In this document: positions 60,641-64,000 of the stretch, piece by piece
Position numbering within the stretch: the first letter of the stretch is position 1
Layout of the letters: every line of letters starts with the position of its first letter
NCBI GenBank assembly: GCA_951804945.1
Contig: OX638149.1
Span: forward strand, 31,744,001-31,808,000
Origin: Podarcis cretensis
Lineage: Eukaryota
DNA: 64,000 nt
Direction: 5' to 3'
The notes under the pieces: generated by a model
Told to the model about the DNA's origin: nothing
The model's database searches: none
The model's input: only the letters and a program-made list of their open reading frames with translations
Translations under genes and position numbers: made by a program

Positions 60641-61240
60641 CAGAATTTGAGCTCCACTTCTAAGTACAGAGGCCTGCTGGCAAGAAAAAAGAATACTATG
60701 GTGATAAGGCTTCCTCGAGAGTTGGTGCTGAAAATAAAGGACTGTCAAGAAGACCGGCAGAGAGAGACTAAGAGAGAGCTAAATGCCTCAGGCGTTTGGG
60801 ACACAGGCTAGAATAGCTGTACTGACATTGGTTTTAGAGACCACAACCGGGAAAGGGAGGGGGGGACTTGGGAATCCAAAGGGTGTTTAAATATAATTTG
60901 TTCAGATCTTATACATATGTTTATTCTGTGTAACCTTTATGGAAGGTGGGAAAATCGCGGAAGGGAGATTTGGGTCGACTTTAGGAATAAGGTTTAAAAT
61001 TAATTCAAAAGTGGTTTTTCTTTCCAGATTAAATAGATACAAGATTTTAAATAAGTATTTGCTGAATGGACAAAAATGAAGTTATAATTCAGAAGGGGGA
61101 GGTGTGAGGAGGTCGGGGAAATAAGGTTTAAGAAAGAAAGGATTGAAATTATATTTGTTTGTTTGTTTGTGTATGTTTGTATGTGGGTTTGTGTTTATGT
61201 GTTTAAAACTTCAATAAATATTATATTTTTTTTTAAAAAA
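60641..61240 (+). mobile_element. L1-type retroposed insertion with 21-bp TSD
   Basis: TSD ACAAGATCTCAACAGACTGAA at 60620-60640 and 61241-61261. The 3' part is a lizard L1-like 3'UTR with AATAAA and A-tail. Confidence 0.8.
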
Positions 61241-61313
61241 ACAAGATCTCAACAGACTGAATATATGTGTCCAAGACCACAACTTCACTGTTCCTATATA
61301 ACAGAGTGATATA

Positions 61314-61549
61314 CAGTCATTCCTCATGTTACATTTGCTTCATGTTATGTTCTTTCAGGTTATGTCCCGCAGCGACCTGGAAGTACCAGAAAGGGTTACT
61401 TCCGGGTTTCGCCACTCGTGCATACGCACAAGTGCTAAATCGTGCATCGCGCCGTGCACCTGCACAGATACAGTGCTTCAGATTGTGCTCGTTTCATGTT
61501 GCAAATGGGCCTCCGGAACAGATCCCGTTCGCAACCAGAGGTACCACTG
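61314..61549. mobile_element. Tc1/mariner-type MITE, related subfamily
   Basis: TA|CAGTCATTCCTC...GAGGTACCACTG|TA. Confidence 0.7.
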
Positions 61550-61586
61550 TATTGTCCCTGAATGGATGTACTGGAGAACAAATGAA

Positions 61587-61610
61587 GATGATGATGATGA
61601 TGATGATGAT
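61587..61610. repeat. (GAT)8 microsatellite
   Basis: Read directly. Confidence 0.9.
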
Positions 61611-62783
61611 AAAGCAACTCCAGGTGTTTTAAGCTTAACAGATTGGCTTCTGCCATGAAAATGCTTGGTGTCAAATTCTACACTTGTCTTTCTAGAAATC
61701 TGCTTGCCACATAGCTAGCAACAGAAATGGGGGAGATATTTCGGTTAGAAACCTAGTTTACTGCATTCAGTATAAAGTGCACCATACAGCTGTTTGCACC
61801 AAGATCAAATAAGATATACATTGGCCAGGTGCAAACATCAGAGCTTTGAGAACCAAGTACAGCAACTTAAGGCTGAGGTTATGAAATTAGAGTAGGGAGC
61901 ATTATAGTGAAAGCAGCTGAGGGTATTCCCTAGAGAGCAGCATATAAATAACTAGAGCAAGCTCCAGCAGCTTTTGTTCAAGGAAGATAGTGAAGTTGGC
62001 ATCAGTAAAGCCGAATCTGAGACCTTTTAAACACAAAAGGCTCCTACTGATTAAAGTACCTGAGGTCACATGACCCAGAAACAAAGGAGTTATTGTTAAA
62101 ATGGGAATGATACACCTCTCTGAATGCAAGGTTGGCCTCTGCAATCTTTGGGTGAAGGGCGGTGTAGAAATTTATAGTGCCAATGTCACACAAACTGGCA
62201 ATTTGTACTTGTGGCAGTTAATTCATATTACTAAGCACATATTCGATATAATTATATAGTATAAATATATAATATTGTATACATATTTATATAGCATATA
62301 ATATAGTATATGACTAAAACAGAAGCAATATGAACAAGCTCTAAATTAATTCAGATGTTGAGGAGCAGCAAAATGTTGCAAGGTTCACTTTCTGCAAATA
62401 ACTGCCTAACTCCCTCTTCTCTTTTCTTCAACCCTTCACATCAACAACTCAATCTGTCCTTTGGTTTGTGTGATGAAAGGTTTTTTTTAAAAAAGAAAAC
62501 CTGAGAAATTTATATATTTATGAAATATTTTGTAACAGCAACACAACTGATGGCCGGAGGAGGCTCGCTTTAATAAAACGACGCCAAGAATCTAACAGTA
62601 GATAGAGTGGATTCAGTCGCTATAACATGCATTAATCTCCCTTCTCCCTTTTCTTGTGTGTATCAGGTTTGGGGAGCAAACTGATAGTTTCTTTTGGAAA
62701 TCTGTGTGTTCTATGCTATAATTTGATACCTCATTCATATAACCATGGAAAGTGCCTCCCCCACTCCCACCGCGCACCCCCCC

Positions 62784-62818
<35 letters not shown>

Positions 62819-63829
62819 TTTCCTTCAAGTATCTATTTGCAAACAGAGCAGCAGAAAAATGTATGGCAGTTGCTGCAGTATCAGCATAATCTGACAAACC
62901 AACAGCCCATTCCTAATCAAATTTATTCAGCAATGTTACAGGTATGCACACTATAGCCAGAACCAACTGATACAATTTAATTTCGTTTGGAGTGGAAGCT
63001 AATAGGGGTGGGAGATTCAGTTTTGAAGCAAAAGTGGAAACTAAAGGGGGGGGGGGTGGAACCATACACTCAAGCACTATGTCAACCACTGGCAATAAAA
63101 AGAACACTCTTTGTAAGCAACTCAATGACTGTATTCAATCACTGTTTGGTTTGGAGGGGCAGGAACAATCTCTGGACTCATGAGGTCTCTCCTGCCCTTA
63201 GCGCTTGGCTTAATGGAATACTCCCAGGCTTGATCAAGCCAGAGTTTGCACTCCTAGTTTGGAAATCATGCTCAAAATTTTGCTGTTGTGTCTGAACCAG
63301 CAAGCTGACTAGCCAAACCAGAAAGTATTCCATTAAGACATGCATGTGAGAAGAAGAGAAGGGAGCACAAGGTTCATTCCCAGTCCTCCAAACCATAGTC
63401 TGGGAGATAAAAAAATGTGATGACTAAATGAAGCAAACTAAAATCTTAGTGGAAAGTTTATGAGCAGCAAAAAGATCCAGCAAAGGTTAATACAGACGTT
63501 CTCATAAAAGACAACTAAATTTAATGTGACATAAACCTTTGTAGGAAGGAACCTTCATCAGATACAGATTGCACTGAGATGGAAAACAATTATGCATTCC
63601 CTAACTTGAAATATTGTCAACCAGAGAACCAAAAAGCTAACATAATAATATGAAAGAGTGACCAGTAGAGGGAAAGAAGGGAAGCCCAAATATCATATGG
63701 CCTCTGCTGAAAAATCAGCTGCCTTTGGCCTTCCTTCATTGCCACCTACTTGTAGTCATTCCATCAGACCACCTGAACTGTAAATTTAGGTGTTGGTGCT
63801 TGAAATTTCTTTTTTGCTCTTCCCATCCC

Positions 63830-63986
63830 AGCCCTTTTTTCCTTATGTGTTATGTCTTTAGATTGTAAGTCTGAGGACAAAGACTTTCTTACTAGTGATT
63901 CTTGTGAGCTGCCCTGGAGCCCTTTCAGCTAAAAAGTGGGCTAAACATGTTTTAAATGGCTAAAATCCTTTAAATGAATAAATAAT
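63830..63986 (+). mobile_element. L2-like LINE 3' tail
   Basis: tttagattgtaag...tgtgagctgccctggagccc...aaataaataat is a typical L2 terminus. Confidence 0.55.
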
Positions 63987-64000
63987 AGTTAAGTTGTTGG

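Overview
Vertebrate genomic DNA, most likely from a squamate (lacertid-type lizard, inferred from Sauria SINEs, a Bov-B tail and lizard-type MITEs). It holds the conserved IFT43-TGFB3-TTLL5 block. IFT43 exon 1 is on the minus strand (ATG at 498) with an RFX/ETS/GC-box CpG-island promoter. Head-to-head with it is a complete 7-exon TGFB3 on the plus strand (CDS 4900-24009, 1236 nt, 411 aa), with a CRE+TATA promoter, a long 5'UTR carrying five uORFs, RGDLxxL, RKKR and an intact cystine knot. Tail-to-tail with TGFB3 are the last five recognisable TTLL5 exons on the minus strand (50022 down to about 28715), one of them a stop-containing cassette exon that gives two alternative C-termini. The rest is intron and intergenic DNA rich in mobile elements: hAT and Tc1/mariner MITEs, Sauria and tRNA-Lys/CR1 SINEs, Bov-B/RTE, L1, CR1, L2 and decayed DIRS. 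Several have perfect target-site duplications. I found no convincing new gene system. The best leads are the TGFB3 overlapping uORF with triplet repeats and loss of the first ATG, lineage-specific TGFB3 substitutions, TTLL5 3' isoform switching with an in-frame 185-codon intronic ORF, MITE-borne ZNF143/THAP11 motifs and a CTCF site between the divergent promoters. Comparisons with human, mouse and chicken proteins are from memory and need alignment.
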